A DNA stretch of 50,182 nucleotides from Chiloscyllium plagiosum (Eukaryota). The number at the start of each line of letters is the position of its first letter. Positions within the stretch are counted from its first letter, which is position 1. Location of the stretch: positions 488,408-538,589 of the forward strand of contig NC_057760.1 of the NCBI RefSeq assembly GCF_004010195.1, read 5' to 3'. Below, one piece after another: positions 47,517 through 50,182 of this stretch. The notes beneath the pieces were generated by a model. The model made no database searches. It was not told where the DNA came from and was given only the letters and a program-made list of their open reading frames with translations. A program made the position numbers and the translations under genes.

Positions 47517-48931
47517 CTGGCACAGGGTTAGCGGACAGAGGAAACAAGCGATAGCAACCGAGAGCGAGAGAGAGAGAGAAAGAGACAAAACAGAGAGATA
47601 GGGCAACACTGAAAGCCGAGGACAGACTGATAACAATTAGGAGCTGCATGCAGCACAACAGTTTCTGTGAAGGCTGCACTTTCAACTTGCTTTCCCATTT
47701 CGACCCCATTCTAATGCTTCAAACTTGGCACATTATCAGAAAACACAGGAGAGTTTGTCGAGCAGGGATTATATAAAAAAAAGGGAACTAAGTGAGAACA
47801 CCTGAGACACTTACCACCCTGCAAGCTCTGGAGACATCAGTAACCAGATCACGTATAAGGGGCAAAAGAAAATGTCACACATCTGAAGGGGTTTCCGAGC
47901 CAGGACCCTCCAGTCTGACTCTCCACAGCTCCAGGCAAACCCCTGCTGCTTCTGCTCCACAGCCTGCCCCCCGGCGCCCCCAGCTCCCATCACCCTTTCC
48001 TTCCTGCTCCTCTCTCCCTTGCATCTCCTGCTTTCCCATCCTTGAATGCATCTCCGTCCGTGTGTGTGTGGGGGGGCGGGGATTCCCACAATCCCCGAGC
48101 CTTAAAAGCTGTGTCTACCTGCTGCTTATAAAAGGATGATCAAATTCTGCCACACAGTAGGAATCGAACCGCAGAACGTGACGAGAGTCTCTGCATTCGT
48201 AGGCCTCGCATCGTGACCACCTTCTGCTGACCAGCCTTTTAAGTTTGAGAGGTTGGGGTTCAGCATCTCAGTCACTGATGGAGAACACGGGAGCTCAGAC
48301 TGGGCACCGAGGGGGAAGGAGGACTCGGTCATGGAATGCAGCACTGATGAAGGAGGGGGGTCTCGTTTCGGATGGAAGGGCCAGGCGTTACTGGCTGTCA
48401 AGTCAACAGTGGCCTTGTCGCTGGGGGAAGTGGGGGGGAGTCGGGTTTGACCAGCATTTGGAGAAGAGGAGAGGAGTGCCTTTCTAAGAAAAAACCTCTC
48501 TGCACAAGCCCAAATCGACCAGGATTTGAACTGGCGGGTAGCCCCAGTGAATGAGCGAGGGGGGTGCAATGTTACAGGGTGATTGGGCATGGTTTTACAA
48601 GCGAGGCTGCAATATTAGTTCGCAGGACACACAGACCTTGCCAGCAGACAGCCGGAGTGGGGGGAAAACAGTTCAGCAATTGGGGAAGGGGCTAAGGTCG
48701 ATGGGACAAGGGGAAGCCCGCCCTGTCTCTCCCCTGGGGGGTGGGGCTTCAGAAGCTCTACAGGGCTAATTGTGGCCACAGAGAGGCCTCCACCTCACCT
48801 GGACGTGGGCTGGAGGGGAGACAGAAGAGGTGGAGGGGCTCCAGCGGGTGAACCAGAACAGAGAGGCTTCCCCCTCCTCCCCGTGACACCCCTCCCCAAC
48901 CCACCCTGCCTCACCCGAGCATGGTACTTAC

Positions 48932-49052
48932 AAAGCAAATTTCAGTTTCTAGCACTGCATCATGGCACCGGGTGCCCTCGTCTGCTTTTGACCCAGTGCA
49001 CAGCTCTGAAGGGAGACTCCCCGCCACAGGCTCCGAAACAATTGGAGGGATA
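48932..49052 (-). CDS. PIP5K1A: Penultimate constitutive-type coding exon of a type I PI4P 5-kinase, probably PIP5K1A (121 nt, phase 2 to phase 0)
   Basis: Long pyrimidine tract then cag|; donor TTT|gtaagt. Open frame xIPPIVSEPVAGSLPSELCTGSKADEGTRCHDAVLETEICF, whose end resembles the recalled PIP5K1C ...ATDIYF and PIP5K1A ...AESEFTH exon ends. It lies upstream of PSMD4 on the same strand, as PIP5K1A does in human. Confidence 0.65.
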
Positions 49053-50182
49053 CTGATCGGGGCGGGGGGAGGGGGGGGGAGAAGAGGGGAGGGTGTTTAG
49101 GGAAAGGGGGCAGGGGAGTGAGAAGGTAGAAGAAAAGGACAGGCATTAACCTCCTTCACGCTCAGTCAGCACATCCCTCGGAGCTCTTCCTTGCAAGACA
49201 AAAACCTTTGAAAGGGGAAAGGCAACCTCAGAGAGTCAGCTGGACTCAAAAGGTTAGCTTGCTCCCTCTCCGTGGACGCTGCCTGACCCGCTGTGCTCTC
49301 CCAGCTTTCCCTGTCGTCAGTACAGACCCAGCAGCAGCAGTAATTTGCTCCTACTCGGATTGAATGGTTGACTATCCCATGGTAGTGCAAGTGGGGGCTC
49401 AGCCTGACTCTCAATTAGGAACGTTGGGGGCAGGTGGACATTCAGCCCCTTGTGCTTACCTGCCCCACATTCCTAAAAGGTCATGGCTATCCCGAATGTA
49501 GCCTCAACTCCACTTTCCCGCTTGCTCCCCTCAAATCCACACCCTTGTCTGCCAAAGCTCGATCTAACTCGGCCTTCATTGCATTCAACAGCCTTGCCTT
49601 CACTGCTGCCCGGGCAAAAGAATTCTCCGGGCAGTGACCCCAGCCCGAACTCTCACCTTTCCACACTGCTGGCTATCTGCGTGGGGGGTTGAGGATCAGT
49701 TTGATAGGCCACTTGCACGTCCAACGCTAAGGCCCTGCAAGAAGATCACACCGAACATCAGGACACTCAGAATGGCATGGCACAAACTTGCTCCGAAATA
49801 AACCCCTTTCGGGGACCTGAACAGAGCAAGTTGCCTTTAACGAGGCAAGAGAAAACATTGTAAGGGGTTGCACAGGATTGGGAGCAAAGGAACACCTTCC
49901 TGAGGGCACTGTAGCAGAGATGCCGAGTGGACGACCAAAACTTTGGGGGAGGGTGGTAGGAGTAGTAGAGGAGGCGAAGGTGGAGGATTTCAGGGCTTAG
50001 GGGCCAAAACCACTGAAGGCATGGCGGGCAATGGAGGAGTGTTCCGGGGGGCAGGACAGAAATCTCAGAGGGCTTTAGGCACTGCAAAAGGTCACGGGGT
50101 GTGGGAGGGAGGACGTGTGGACCTAACGAGGCAGTCGTGAAGGGAATGGTTTCTGCAGAATGCTGATAGGGGTGGGGAGGGG

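Noticed and set aside
49435..49640. Strong donor CAG|gtaagc on the minus strand near 49459 as a further PIP5K1 exon
   Set aside because: The surrounding sequence is a decayed LINE 3' end with no convincing acceptor or PIP5K-like peptide.

Overview
Repeat-rich, draft-quality vertebrate genomic DNA. It is almost certainly a shark, judging by HE1/V-SINEs, CR1-type LINEs and Penelope-like elements (PLEs). Most of the window matches the human 1q21.3 gene neighbourhood. Recognisable gene parts are RPS27 exon 1 with its CpG-island TOP promoter (minus, ~3.7 kb), RAB13 exon 1 (plus, 22037-22160, divergent from RPS27 as in human), PSMD4 exon 1 with its CpG-island promoter (minus, 36241-36266), and the last three exons plus long 3'UTR of a type I PIP5K, probably PIP5K1A (minus, ~41-49 kb). 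One internal WAC exon (plus, 2240-2355) lies inside what should be RPS27 intron 1, suggesting a chimeric join near 2.8 kb. An exact 500-N gap (35723-36222) probably hides the rest of RAB13 and PSMD4. The rest is LINE/SINE/PLE/MITE debris and TE-derived tandem repeats. The most notable signals are (i) three covarying families of minimal hammerhead-ribozyme motifs in PLE terminal repeats, often in long hairpins; (ii) a PIPKI-gamma-like C-terminal cassette exon in the putative PIP5K1A; (iii) a PSMD4 promoter built from a degenerate ~68-bp ZNF143+ETS tandem unit. Gene identities rest on recalled human sequences and synteny, not database searches, and repeat boundaries are approximate. I found no clearly unprecedented system.
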